A DNA stretch of 64,000 bases, from positions 8,682,001-8,746,000 of the forward strand of contig CM075992.1 in NCBI GenBank assembly GCA_038087875.1, given 5' to 3'. Origin of the DNA: Malacoraja senta. Lineage: Eukaryota. The translations under genes were made by a program, and so were the position numbers. Of this stretch, positions 11,604 through 23,337 are shown piece by piece; within the stretch, counting starts at the first letter, position 1; each line of letters opens with the position of its first letter. Below the pieces are notes generated by a model. The model did not search any database. It saw only the letters and a program-made list of their open reading frames with translations, and was not told the origin of the DNA.

Positions 11604-12289
11604 ACTGGAGAAGGGACTCAACCCGAAACGTCACCTATTCCTTCTCTCCAGAGATGCTGCCTGACCCGCTGAGTTACTCCAGCTTTCTGTGTTTAACCGT
11701 TTCTTAAACGTTGGGATAGTCCCAGCCTCAACTACCTCCTCTGGCAGCTTGTTCCATACGCCCACCATCCTCTGTGTGAAAAAGTTATCTCTCAGATTCC
11801 TCTTAAATCTTTTCCCCTTCACCTTGAACCTATTTCCTCTGGTCCTCGAAAATTGAATTGAAATAGAATTGAATTGTGTTTGTTGATGTTATGGCACGGT
11901 GCCCGGGCAGAGATCTAACATTCTGAAGAAGGGTTTCGGCCGAAACGTTGCCTATTTCCTTCACTTCCTGCCCTACTTCCCCACAGCCATCAGGCTATTA
12001 AACCTGGCTCGGACAAAACGCTGATCTTTATTAGCCAATTAACTGTCATTTGCACTTTATCAGTATATTGATTCATGTGTGTGTATATCTATAGAATGCC
12101 TTGTAGTCAATGCCTACTATGTTCTGTTGTGCTGAAGCAAAGCAAGAATTTCATTGTCCTATCAGGGACAATAAACTCACTTGACTTGACTTGACCCGCT
12201 GAGTTTCTCCAGCATTTTTGTGTACCTTCGATTTTCCAGCATCTGCAGTTCCTTCTTAAACATCTAACATGTCGCCTCGTGTTCTTCAG

Positions 12290-12392
12290 GCACCGACCAC
12301 AAAGGGGAGACTATCGTGTGTTTACTGGAGTCAGGCTGCAGCCTGGCATGGCTGGTCGACCAGGGGATGTGTCTTAGTGCAGTCCAACAGAG
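12290..12392 (+). CDS. ADGRE: ADGRE-like GPS exon, only the 5' half present (APTTKGRLSCVYW...WSTRGCVLVQSNR)
   Basis: ttcttcag acceptor; CVYW...WS..GC GPS signature; probable gtttgt donor. The CxCxHL|T/S-FAxLM half was not found. Confidence 0.8.
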
Positions 12393-12481
12393 GTTTGTGC
12401 TCATCCCTTCCTGCCGTTCCGTGTATTGTCACGTGTACCGAGGTACAGTGAAAAGCTTTTGTTGCATGCTAACCAGCCAGC

Positions 12482-13245
12482 GGAAGGGACCAGTGGAACG
12501 TCCCTTGCGGCCAGGGTCCGGGGGGCAAGGAGCACCGCCACTCCACCTAGGGTCCGTAGGGTGGGGAGTGGCTCTGCTGTCAGCGACCGGAGGACTGGTG
12601 ACGGGATCTAGGGAGTGGGCAGGGCTGAAGATGTCCTGGTTGGGGTTGCTCCTAGGCCTGGCCAAGCTGGCCATCCACGAGTCACGGTGCCAGGCGGAAG
12701 AGGGCTTTGCCCGAGCCAGATGCTTGGCCCCTTTACCGGGGTTACGTCCGCGCCCGGGTGGTACTAGAGAGGGACATAGTTGTATATTTGTAAGGATTGT
12801 AACCTGGTTGTTTGAAAATTTTGATAATTTAATGATTTTGGCCGTTGTGTTAAAGTCCTGTCTCACGGTACGAGTTCATTCCAAGAGCTCTCCCGAGTTT
12901 AAAAAAAATCAAACTCGTGGTAAGCACGGAGAATGAACGTAGCGGGTACGTCGGAGCTCGGGGACGTCTCTTAGCGCTAACGGCAGGTACTCGGGAAGAC
13001 TCGCTAATGGCAGGTAAGCACGGGAAGACTCGTGAAGATTTTTCAACATGATGAAAAATGTCCACGAGAGCCCCGAGTACCGACGAGCGGCCATTACCGT
13101 CAATCTCCGAGTTCGAATCAGGGCAAACTCGGGAGAACTCTTGGAATGAACTCGTACCGTGGGACAGGGGTTTTACCACAGTTTTTTTTTGGTTTTTGTA
13201 TCGTGATCATATTTAAATCAATTATTTTTTGATACAAGATATAAA
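12482..13245 (+). mobile_element. Tx1-like LINE 3' fragment with TSD aaccagccagc
   Basis: LGLAKLAIHESRCQAEEG matches 5850-6010; the duplication lies at 12471-12481 and 13246-13256. Confidence 0.65.
12853..13172. mobile_element. PIF/Harbinger-type MITE
   Basis: About 48-bp TIRs (aagtcctgtctcacggtacgagttcattccaagag... / ...ctcttggaatgaactcgtaccgtgggacaggggtt); TTA TSD at 12850-12852 and 13173-13175. Confidence 0.85.
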
Positions 13246-14231
13246 ACCAGCCAGCAGAAAGACAATACATGATTACAGTCGAGCCGTTTACAGTGCAAGC
13301 TAAAGAGCACAGCTCCAACACTTCGGCAGGGTGGGGCAGTGGGTAGAGCCGCTGCCTCACAGCTCCAACACTCCGGGTTCAATCCTGACCTCGGGTGCTG
13401 TCTGTGTGGAGTTTGCACGTTCTCCTTGTGATCACGTGGGGTTTCTCCGGGTGCTCCGGTTTCCTCCCACATCCCAAAGACGTGCGGGTTTGTAGGTAAA
13501 TTGCCCTCTAGTGTGTAGGGAGCGGGTGAGAAAGTGGGATAACGTAGAACTAGTGTGGACGGGTGATCGATGGTTGGCGTGGATTCGATGGGCTGAAGGG
13601 CCTGCTTCCATGCTGTAAAAGTAAACTAAACCATTCCTTTCCCCACTCGTACTCCCTTTCTCTGCACTTAGTTCAGTTTAGAGATACAACGCGGACACAG
13701 GCCCTTCAGCCCACCGAGTCCGTGCTAACCAGCGATCTCCGCACACTACCACTAACAAGTTCAAGCTACGTTTATTATCACATGCACCAATTGGTACAGT
13801 GAGATTTGAGTTACATACAGCCATACAATAAAAAGAACACAATACACGATAGAATTTTAACATGAACATCCCCACACAACGGAATCAATGTTTCCCACTG
13901 TGAGGGAAGGCAATAACGTTCAGTCCTCTTCCTCATTGTTCACCCGTGGTCGGGGCCTTCTAGGGACAATTTACAATTTTACCAAAGTCAATTAATCTAC
14001 AATCCTGTACGTCTTTGGAGTGTGGGAGGAAACCGAAGATCTCGGAGAAAACCCAAACAGGTCACGGGGAGAACGTACAAACTCCGTACAGACAGCACCC
14101 GCAGTCGGGACGGAACCCGGGTCTCTGGCGCTGTAAGGGCGCAACTCTACCGCTGCGCCACCGTGCCATCTTATCCTAACCCCTAATCTCAGTGATTTTC
14201 AGACCTAACCCCTGCCTTGTGTTCCACTCAG

Positions 14232-14438
14232 CTGCAGAGTCATCGGCACGATGCCCTCTCCGTGATATCCTTCATCGGGATCCCGGTGTCGCTGGCGTGC
14301 CTCCTGCTTGCCCTCGCCACCTTCACCTTCTGCCCGCAGGCCAGGAACTCGGTCAGCGCCACCCACACCCAGCTCTGCCTCAGCCTCTTCCTCGCCGAGC
14401 TCCTCTTCATCGTGGCCATCAAGAGAACGGCCAACCGG
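14232..14438 (+). CDS. ADGRE: ADGRE-like TM1-TM2 exon (alternative acceptors at 14203 and 14238)
   Basis: LSVISFIGIPVSLACLLLALATF...HTQLCLSLFLAELLFIVAI; gtgagg donor. Confidence 0.95.
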
Positions 14439-14771
14439 GTGAGGAACTGGGGAGGGAGGGAGGGGGAGACGCCCACCATGTCCGATCTCGCCGCCTCTCG
14501 GTCTCTCCACCTCACGTCGTTCCACTGACAAGTTACAAGTCACTGAGACGTTCCATAAGAAAGGCGATGAGGATGCCTGCAAAAAGTGGAAAGCTTGGAT
14601 AAAGTGGATAGTCATAGTCAAAGAGTAATACAGTGCGGAAACAGGTCCCTCGGCCCAACTCGTCAACACGGGCCAACAATGTCCCAGCTACCCTAGTCCC
14701 ACTTGCCTGCACTTGGTCCATAACCCTCCAAACCCGTCCTATCCATGTATTCAGTATTCAAGGGAGAGTTA

Positions 14772-15155
14772 GACAACAGACAATAGACAATAGGTGCAGG
14801 AGTAGGCCATTTGGCCCTTCGAGCCAGCACCACCATTCAATGTGATCATGGCTGATCATCCCCAATCAGTACCCCGTTCCTGCCTTTTCCCCATATCCCC
14901 TGACTCCACTATTTTTAAGAGCCCTATCTAGCTCTCTCTTGAAAGCATCCAGAGAACCTGCCTCCACCGCCCTCTGAGGCAGAGAATTCCACAGACTCAC
15001 CACTCTCTGTGAGAAAAAGTGTTTCCTCGTCTCTGTTCTAAATGGCTTACTCCTTATTCTTAAACTGTGGCCCCTGGTTCTGGACTCCCCCAACATCGGG
15101 AACATGTTTCCTGCCTCTAGTGTGTCCAAGCCCTTAACAATCTTATATGTTTCAA
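14772..15155 (-). mobile_element. CR1 LINE 3' fragment
   Basis: ETYKIVKGLDTLEAGNMFP... followed by the 3' tail. Confidence 0.9.
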
Positions 15156-16145
15156 AGGAGGGAAGGAACAAGTGGTGTTTGGGGTCGAGACTCTTCTTCG
15201 GACAATTATAAGGAGGATGTCACTGAGCGGGAAAGAAATCAGAGATTTCCATGGATGTTGTGAGTTGTTGAAGACCTGAGCTATAGGGAGAGGTTGGGCA
15301 GGGTTGGACTTTATTCCTTGGAGCGCAGAAGGATATGGGGCGATCTTACGCATCTGCAGAAGATCATGAGGGAATAGATAGGTCTTTTACCCAGAGTAGG
15401 GGAATCGAGAACCAGAGAACATGGGTTTAAGGAGAGGGGAAAGATGCAATGGGAATCTGAGGGGCAACCTTTTCACGCATAGGGTGGTGGGTATATGGAA
15501 AGAGCTGCCCGAGGCTGTAACTGAGACAGGTACAATAAAAAGATTTAAAAGACATTTGCAAGGGTGGATGGATAGGAAACATTTAGAGGGATATGGGCCA
15601 AACACAGGCAAATGAGACAAGCGGCATCTTGGCTGGCAAGGATGGGTTGGGCCGAAAAGCCTGATTCCATGCTGTATGTCTATGACTCTCCAAAACGTTA
15701 GTGATTGTGAAACTTAATAATACAATTAATAGCCTTTATTATTAATATTAATCAATTACTTGTTATTATTATATTATTATTATTACCAGTAATTTTTTAA
15801 ATATTTGGCTACCAACATTGCAGAGAAAAAAACATGCAAACTCCACACAGACAGTGCCCAGAGTCGGGATCGAAGCAGCATCTCTGGAGAGAAGGAATAG
15901 GTGACGTTTCCGGTATTCCTTCTCTCCAGAGATGCTGCCTGTCCCACTGAGTTACTCCAGCTTTGTGTATCATCTTTGGTTTAAACCAGCATCTGCAGTT
16001 CCTTCCCACACAAACTAAATAACTTCATCTCATCAGTGAGACATGTGGACTGGAGATACTGCGGCTTCACAGAGGGTACGAGTGATTGTTGGTCGGTGGG
16101 GACTCGGTGGGCTGAAGGGCCTGTTTCCACGCGGTATCTCTAAAC

Positions 16146-16659
16146 TAGGGTTGCCAACTGTCCCATATTAGCCGGGACATCCCGTATATTGGGTTAAATT
16201 GGTTTGTCCCGTACGGGACCGCCCTTGTCCCGTATTTGACTGCTACTACTTGGGTCGAGGGGACAGTCGGGTCGGAGCACCGCGTCCGGCCCCGCCTCAC
16301 CCGTCCCGACGTAGTGCAGCCCATGGAGTGCAGCAGCAGCTCCTCGTCCGTGGCCCCGTCGGTCGGCAGCCCCGGCCAGCTGTCCGACCTTCGGACCTTC
16401 GCTTACCGCCGACACCACCACCCCTCCTTCTCATGGCCGATCATCGGTTCGTGAGTTGGATGGGGTGCTGGACTTTGCGCGCCCGGGACAAAACTCCTCA
16501 GCTGGCCCGCCGGCTGGGCTTTGTGTGCAGTCCAGCACCCGGGGCCAACTCATCATTCACCCAGCCACGGCCGAGTCGGTCAAGGAATTGCCGTCGGGAA
16601 TTTGTCCCGTATTTTGACCTCTTGTCCCTTATTTGGGAGTGAGAAAGTTGGCAACCCTA
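16146..16659. mobile_element. hAT non-autonomous transposon (514 bp)
   Basis: TIRs TAGGGTTGCCAACT / AGTTGGCAACCCTA; 8-bp TSD CTCTAAAC at 16138-16145 and 16660-16667; repeated TGTCCCGTA subterminal motifs. Confidence 0.9.
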
Positions 16660-16955
16660 CTCTAAACTAAACTTATACAAGAAAAGTCTCAACCCGAAAC
16701 GTCACCCATTCCTTCTCTCCAGAGATGCTGCCTGTCCCGCTGAGTTACTCCAGCATTTTGTGTCTGTTCCAAAGTGTCTTAAGCGTTACTAAAATATCTG
16801 CCTCCACCACTACCTTCCCTGCCAAGAGAATGAAACCATAGAGGTCAAAGTGGGAGCAACAGGTCACCACAGGTGAATGGACTGAGCCAAGGGGCTGGAT
16901 GGTCACCCCTGTCCCACCTTGCTTGTGATCTTGTTGTGTTTCTTTGGTCTTTCAG

Positions 16956-17188
16956 ATCGTGTGCGGGGTGGTGGCGGGATGCCTGCATTATCTGTTCCTG
17001 GCCGCCTTCGCCTGGATGAGTTTGGAGTCCTTTCAGCTCTACGTCATGGTCAAAAACCTGAAGAAGATGCGGGTGTCCAGTTCCGGCCACACGGGCAAGC
17101 TTGTCTACGCCGTGGGATACGGGTGCCCCGCGCTGGTGGTCACCCTCTCCGCACTGATATACCCCAACGGATACGGCTCGCAGCGCAA
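16956..17188 (+). CDS. ADGRE: ADGRE-like TM3-TM4 exon
   Basis: IVCGVVAGCLHYLFLAAFAWMSLESFQLY...YAVGYGCPALVV...YG; ttcag acceptor and gtgaat donor, phase 0 to 2. Confidence 0.95.
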
Positions 17189-17692
17189 GTGAATATCATA
17201 CCTTGATGCAGGGGGGACTTATCCTGATAGTCTCTTTTTCACACAGAGGGTGGTGGGTGTATGGAACGAGCTGCCAGAGGAGGTAGTTGAGGCTGGGACC
17301 ATAACAACATGTAAAAGACATTTAGACAGGTACATGGATAGGACAGGTTTGGAGGGATATGGACCAAATGCAGGCAGGTGGGACTAGTGTAGCTGAGAAA
17401 TGTTGGCCGGTGTGGGCAAGTTGGGCTTAGGGCCTGTTTCCACTCTATGACAGGGCAGCAGCCCTAACCTCAGGAGGAACTTTGCTCTCATCTCCCGTTG
17501 AGCCGTTCCGGGGATGAGGAGGTCCCCAGGGTAGGACAGAGTGTTGGGGAATCTTATACAGCTTTTCACTCTGAATGTGAGGGGTGTGGGCTTCCCCGAT
17601 CGGGAGCTCCCCCTTCTCCTGCTCCCCACCTAGTCAATATTAACCAGTGAGTTCTAACACCTTGCCACAATGTGTTTCCCTTTGGGTTTCAG

Positions 17693-17759
17693 CTGCTGGT
17701 TACAGGTGGAGAATGGCTTCATTTGGAGCTTCCTCGGACCAGTTTACTTCATCATTTTG
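17693..17759 (+). CDS. ADGRE: ADGRE-like ECL2/TM5 exon (67 bp)
   Basis: CWLQVENGFIWSFLGPVYFIIL; tttcag acceptor and gtaatt donor. Confidence 0.95.
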
Positions 17760-17761
17760 GT

Positions 17762-17960
17762 AATTATTATATATATATTTTTTAATTATTATTATTGTTC
17801 TTCTTATTGTTGTTATTATAATTATTGCTATTATTACTATTATGATTGTTATTATTTCTATTATGATTGCTATTATTATTGTTGTTATTATTATTTTTAT
17901 TGCTATTATTATTATTTTTATTGCTATTATGATTGTTATTATTGTCATTATTATTATCAT
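17762..17960. repeat. (TAT/TGT)n microsatellite
   Basis: Direct reading. Confidence 0.9.
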
Positions 17961-17966
17961 CTATCA

Positions 17967-17989
17967 TATCTATCTATCTACCTATTAAA

Positions 17990-18030
<41 letters not shown>

Positions 18031-18821
18031 TTTAGCCTTTGAAATGTATCTCCTCGAAAACCAGATGCCGAAACGGGGACATTTTTACATATTTCAGTAG
18101 AGACTTTCCTTGTGATTTTAGAATGTACATTTGGTACATTATTTCCCTGACTTTTTAATTAAAATTGTTGACCAATCTGACCTTTAAAAAAAAAATCTGA
18201 CCGCTGCCCAGCTGCTGACGTTACAATAGCAGTGACATTTTTACATCTTCTGGTAGAAATTTTACTTATGATTTCAAAAATCCAATCCTCTATAAATTTG
18301 ATCAATTATTTCCCGAGATATTTACTAAAATTTATATCCAATCTGACATTTAAAAAAAATATTAAGGTTGCCCAGCTGCTGACCTCACAATGCCTTTGCA
18401 CCTGGCCCAACTGCCTCCTGGCGTCGCCCGGCCCCGCACCCCCCAGCCTGCCAGGTTGTTGATTCCATTGTTTTTCATTGAATTGAATTTAATTATTTCT
18501 CACTTAACATCACTCATTCTTAACATTAACTTTTAATTTCAAAGACAGTTAAAAAAAAAAAAAAATTGTTGTCTTCATTGACAGCTTAGATCGGACTCGC
18601 TGTGTGTATGTGTTGTGTGTTTGTGTGGAGGGGGGTGTGGTTAGTGGTGTGTGACACGGCAGGCTCCTCCCCTGGATTCCATAGAGCTGCCGACAGCTTT
18701 CGTGCATGAGACGCTTCATTTCCAGAACATCCTGAACGCATGATGCATGGTTGCATTTTGCTCTCTCTGTCTCTCCCCCTCTCTCTCTCTCCCCCATCTC
18801 TCTCTCTCCCCATCTCTCTCT

Positions 18822-18867
<46 letters not shown>

Positions 18868-19440
18868 CCTCTCTCTCCCCCCTCTCTCTCTCTCCCCTCT
18901 CTCTCTCCCCCTTCCTCTCCCCCACCCCCCTGCCCAACCCCACCCTCCCTCCCCTAAACCCCCTCCCCATCACCCCTCCCCTACTCCCTCCCCTCCACCC
19001 CTCCCCTACCCCCTTCCCTCCACCCCATCCTCTCCCCACTCTCTCTCCCCCTCCCTTCCTCACCCTCGCTCCCCCCCTCCCCTCCCTTCCCCACCACCTC
19101 TCCCCCTCCCTTCCCTCCCTCCCTTCCCCCCCCTCTCAGCCCCCCTCTCTCCCTCTCTCTCCCCCTCTCTTCCCCTCTCTCTCTCCTCTCATCTCTCTCA
19201 CCCCTCCTCCTCCACCTCATGATGTCGAAAATCGCCTCATCTGAAAATTTGATTTGTTATTTCCTGAGTTTTTTACTAAAATTGTTCACCAATGTGGGAT
19301 TTCTTTAAAATATAACGTGCTGAAGTGAGCTGGATGACGTCACAATGTCTTTGCTCCTCGCGGCAAACTGCGTAGAGTTTTCGACGCGCTGCCTGCTGGG
19401 CACTGTTTTCCAGGAGTGACTCCCCCCCTCTCCCCCTCCC
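17967..19440 (+). mobile_element. Possible non-autonomous Helitron fragment containing (GT)n and (CT)/C-rich tracts
   Basis: Begins with a.TCTATCTATCTACCTATTAAAA, resembling a Helitron 5' end, and has internal repeats of cagctgctgacNtcacaat. No CTAG 3' end was identified. Confidence 0.35.
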
Positions 19441-19597
19441 CCCTTCCCCCCCTCCTGATCTATCTCTCCCGCCTAACCCCATTTTCCTGCTTTCTCCCCG
19501 TAACCCCTGACACCATGTACTCATTTTTTACTCAATTAATACTCAATAGTATAACTCAATTTTTATCGAGCATTTAAACCATGTCACAACCCAACAG

Positions 19598-19689
19598 ATC
19601 AACACCTTCCTGTTCACCACGTCTCTCTACACGTTGAACGAAGAACTTTCTAATCGTGACATGAAAGTCTCGAAGATCAAAGACACAAG
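19598..19689 (+). CDS. ADGRE: ADGRE-like TM5/ICL3 exon (92 bp; INTFLFTTSLYTLNEELSNRDMKVSKIKDTR)
   Basis: caacag acceptor and gtaagc donor, phase 0 to 2. Too short to appear in the ORF track. Confidence 0.9.
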
Positions 19690-19929
19690 GTAAGCTTGCT
19701 AAGATGAGTCCAAAGAGCAGAGAGGAACCGTGACATGATGGCCCCTACAAGATGCCGCCGTTGCTCGGCAACAAGATGGCCCCTATAAGATGGCGTCGTT
19801 GCTAAGCAACAAGATGGCCACTACAAGATGGCGCTGGTGCTAGGCGACTCTATGCATGTTCTTCCTAGAAAGATTTCCTAGCACTTTAAACCTCTTTTCT
19901 ACGTGCAAATTTAGCACCATTTTCTTTAA

Positions 19930-20234
19930 TTTAGCTTAGAGATACAGCGAGGAAACAGGCCGTTCGGCCCACCGAGTCCACGCTGACCAGCGATCCCCGC
20001 ACACTAACATTATCCTACACAGGCCAGTGACAATATTACATGTGCACCAAGCCAAATAACCGACAAACCTGTACGTCTTTGGAGTGTGGGAGGAAACGAA
20101 GGTCTCAGGGGAAACGCACGCAGGTCACGGGGAGAACGTGCAAACTCCGTGCAGACAACACCCGTAGTCAGGATAGAACCCGGGTCTCTGGCGCTGTAAG
20201 GCAGTAACTCTACCGCTGTGCCACTGTGCCGCCC
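19930..20234 (-). mobile_element. V-SINE (HE1-like)
   Basis: Full copy. Confidence 0.9.
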
Positions 20235-20557
20235 TTTTTATATCTTTCATTTCTAAACGGTCTAATGACATTTGACCTCATTGCAGACATTGGACTTTGT
20301 CTTCAGTATGTGGGCTCCACCTTTCCTTGGTCATCGGTGCCGGCTCTTTGTTCTGAACCTTTACATACCTCTAGTTTCCCTCAACCCCCCCCTCCCCCCC
20401 GACTCTCAGTCTCGAGAAGGGTCTCGACCCGAAACATCACCTATTCCTTTACTCCAGAGATGCTGCCTGACCCGCTGAGTTACTCCAGCATGTTGTGTCT
20501 ATCTTTGGTGTAAACCAGCATCTGCAGTTCCTTCCCACACATTTTGTCTGTGGAACT

Positions 20558-21004
20558 AGATAAAAATGCTGGAGAAACTCAGCGAGTGAGGCAGCATCGC
20601 TGGAGAGACGGAATGAGCGACATTTCAGGTCGAGACCCTTCTTCAGACTGATGTCGGGGGGGGGGCGGGAAAAAGAAAGGAAGAGGCAGAGACAGTGGGC
20701 TGTGGGAGAGCTGGGAAGGGGAGGGGAAGGAGGGAGAAAGCAAGGACTACCTGAAATTGGAGAAGTCAATGTTCATACTGCTGGGGTGTAAACTACCCAA
20801 GCGAAATATGAGGTGCTGCTCCTCCAATTTGCGGTGGGCCTCACTCTGGCAATGGAGGAGGCCCAGGACAGAAAGGTCGGATTTGGAATGGGAGGGGGAG
20901 TTGAAGTGCTGAGTCACCGGGAGATCAGGATGGTTAGTGCAAATTGAGCGGAGGTGTTGGGCGAAGCGATCGCCGAAACTGCACTTGGTCTCACCGAAGT
21001 AGAG
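20558..21004 (-). mobile_element. Penelope-like element 3' end: GIY-YIG endonuclease C-terminus plus terminal repeat with hammerhead motif
   Basis: 21004-20747 (-) translates LYFGETKCSFGDRFAQHLRSI...PVTQHFNSPSHS...RKLEEQHLIFRLGSLHPSSMNIDFSNFR*. It is followed by CTGAAGAAGGGTCTCGACCTGAAATGTC at about 20646-20619. Confidence 0.85.
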
Positions 21005-21799
21005 AAGTTGTCAGTGGAACTGATGCGCTACAATGCTGAGAACTATATTCTGCACTCTGTATCTTCCCCTTTGCTCTACCTATTGTGTTTGAGTTTGGCT
21101 TGATTGTATTTATGTGTGGTATTATCTGACCTGTTTGGATAGCTTGCAAAACAAACCTTTTGACTGTACCTCGATACAAGTGTTAATAATAAACCTAAAT
21201 CCACTGGTGGGCCTTTCATCTGACAAGGTTAGCAGACTGCTTATTACATGTGACAACACAATGCTATTTCGTATTTCCGACTTTGCTGAACATATGCCAG
21301 AGGACATAGGTTTAAGGTGAGAGGGGAAAGATTGAATAAGAACGTTAGGGGCAACTTTTTCACTCAGAGAGTGGTGGGTTAATGGGACGAGCTGCCAGAG
21401 GAGGTGCAGTAGTTGGGGCAGGTATTGTAACAACATTTAAAATGCATTTGAACAGGTACATGGATAGGATACGTTTGGAGGGACATGGGCTAAATGCAGG
21501 CAGATGGAATTAGTGTAGATGGGGCATGTTGGTCGGTGTGGGCAAGGTGGGCCGAAGGAAGGGCCTGTTTCCATGCTGTATCACTCCACTACTCTATGAG
21601 ATGGCCAGAGATACAGGCTCCATTACTGATCATCCAAAACCTTCCCCAGAGGCCACTTCTGTCTCCAGCTGTATGACTCTCCATAGAAACCAGTTTAGTT
21701 TAGAGATACAGCCTGGAAACAGGCCCTTCGGCCTGGGCCGACCCGCAATCCCTGCACATTAACACTACCTGACACAGGCTAGTTCAGTTCAGTTTAGTT

Positions 21800-22218
21800 T
21801 TATTTGTCATATGTCGGTTAACACAGGGTCAGCGTGACAATGACATGTGTTTGACAAGACAACGGGTCACCTCAGCAATGATATTACAAGGATAAAATTA
21901 AGGTAAAAAAAGATAAGATAAGTGACATTGGTGGGTAAAAGACAATAATGAATAAAATAATCAACCATATATGATGTGTTTATGAGTTCAGAAGCCTGAT
22001 GGCATGATGATAAAAACTGATCTTAAGTCTGGTGGTACGTGCAGCCATGCTCCTGTATCGTCTGCCTGGCGGTAACAAGGAGTACACTCTACGTGCTGGG
22101 TGGCTGTGGTCCTTGATGATGCCGTGTGCCTTCCGCAGGCACCGCTGGTGGAAAATGTCCTGAATGGCCGGGAGGCAGTTGCCAGTGATGTGCTGTGCTG
22201 CCTTCACCACTCTCTGTG
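21800..22218 (-). mobile_element. Rex1/Babar-type LINE 3' fragment
   Basis: VKAAQHITG..LP.IQDI...RC..KA..IIKD.SHP....SLLP.GRRYRS...RT.RL..SF...AIRLLN. Confidence 0.8.
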
Positions 22219-22517
22219 AATTTAACCAATTCCAATTTAACCAAATGGGGCAATTTAACCAAAGCCATTTAACCTACAAACCTGTACGTCATTGTAGTGT
22301 GGGAGGAAACCGGAGCATCCGGAGAAAACCCACACGGTCACAGGGAGAAGGTACAAGCTCCGTACAGACAGCACCCGTAGTAAGGATGGAACCCGGGTCT
22401 CTGGCGCTGTGAGGCAGCAACTCTACCGCTGCGCCACCGTTGTCCAGCCCAGGGTGTGGGTTGCCAGTCGTAAGTGTGGTTGTCCACGTGTCTGACGGTG
22501 GTTTGTCTTCACTGCAG

Positions 22518-22686
22518 GATGCTGATGTTCAAAGCCATCGCCCAGGTCTTCATCCTGGGCTGTACCTGGATCCTGGGCCTGTTCCACTTCCAGGAGGAGA
22601 CGCTGGTGATGGCCTACCTGTTCACCATCGTCAACAGCTTCCAGGGGACCTTCATCTTCATCATCCTCTGCATCCTCAACCCCAAG
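22518..22686 (+). CDS. ADGRE: ADGRE-like TM6-TM7 exon (169 bp, apparent GC donor)
   Basis: RMLMFKAIAQVFILGCTWILGLF...AYLFTIVNSFQGTFIFIILCILNPK; the FKAIAQ.FILGCTW motif is typical of ADGRE/EMR receptors. Confidence 0.95.
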
Positions 22687-23027
22687 GCACGTAGCCGTCC
22701 AGTTGTGAACACAAGCAACCGCAGGCGCTGGTCGACAAAACAAAGACACAGAGTGCTGGAGTAAAGTGTAGGAAGGAACAGCAGATGCTGGTGTAAACCG
22801 AAGTTAGACAAAAAAAAGCTGGAGTAACTCTGGCAGCATCTCTGGAGAGAAGGAAAGGGTGACGTTTCGGGTCGAGACCCTTCTTCTACAGTGCTGGAGT
22901 AAGGCAGGGACTAAAGATTGTACCAATAAATGGATGTATAAATCACAGCAATAGGGAAATAGATAAGAGTTTGGGCAGGAAAAGGATTAAGGATATGGCA
23001 GGTATAAACACGTGGTGGTTTACAAAA

Positions 23028-23337
23028 GGGCGGCACAGTGGCGCAGCGGTAGAGTTGCTGCCTTGCAGCACCGGAGACTCGGGTTCCATCCCGATGGTGG
23101 GTGCTGTCTGTACGGAGTTTTACATTCTACCCGTGACCTGCGTGGGCTTTCTCCAAGAATTTCGGTTTCCTCCCACACTCTAAAAGGTTTCTAGATTAAT
23201 TGGCTTGGCATGAATGTATAATTGTAAATTGTCCCCACTGTGTGTAGGATAGTGTTAATGTGCGGAGATCGCTGGTCAGTGAGGACTCGGTGGGCCGAAG
23301 GGCCTGTTTCCATGCTGTATCTCTAAACTAAACTAAA
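23028..23337 (+). mobile_element. V-SINE (HE1-like)
   Basis: Full copy. Confidence 0.9.

Noticed and set aside
12393..12451. GPS continuing in frame or by simple frameshift (GLCSSLP / VCAHPFL / RFVLIP)
   Set aside because: None of the frames gives CxCxHL-S/T-F, and the sequence runs into a dispersed repeat at about 12425.
18549..19244. Long SL/PL/ER-rich ORFs
   Set aside because: (CT)n and C-rich low-complexity sequence.
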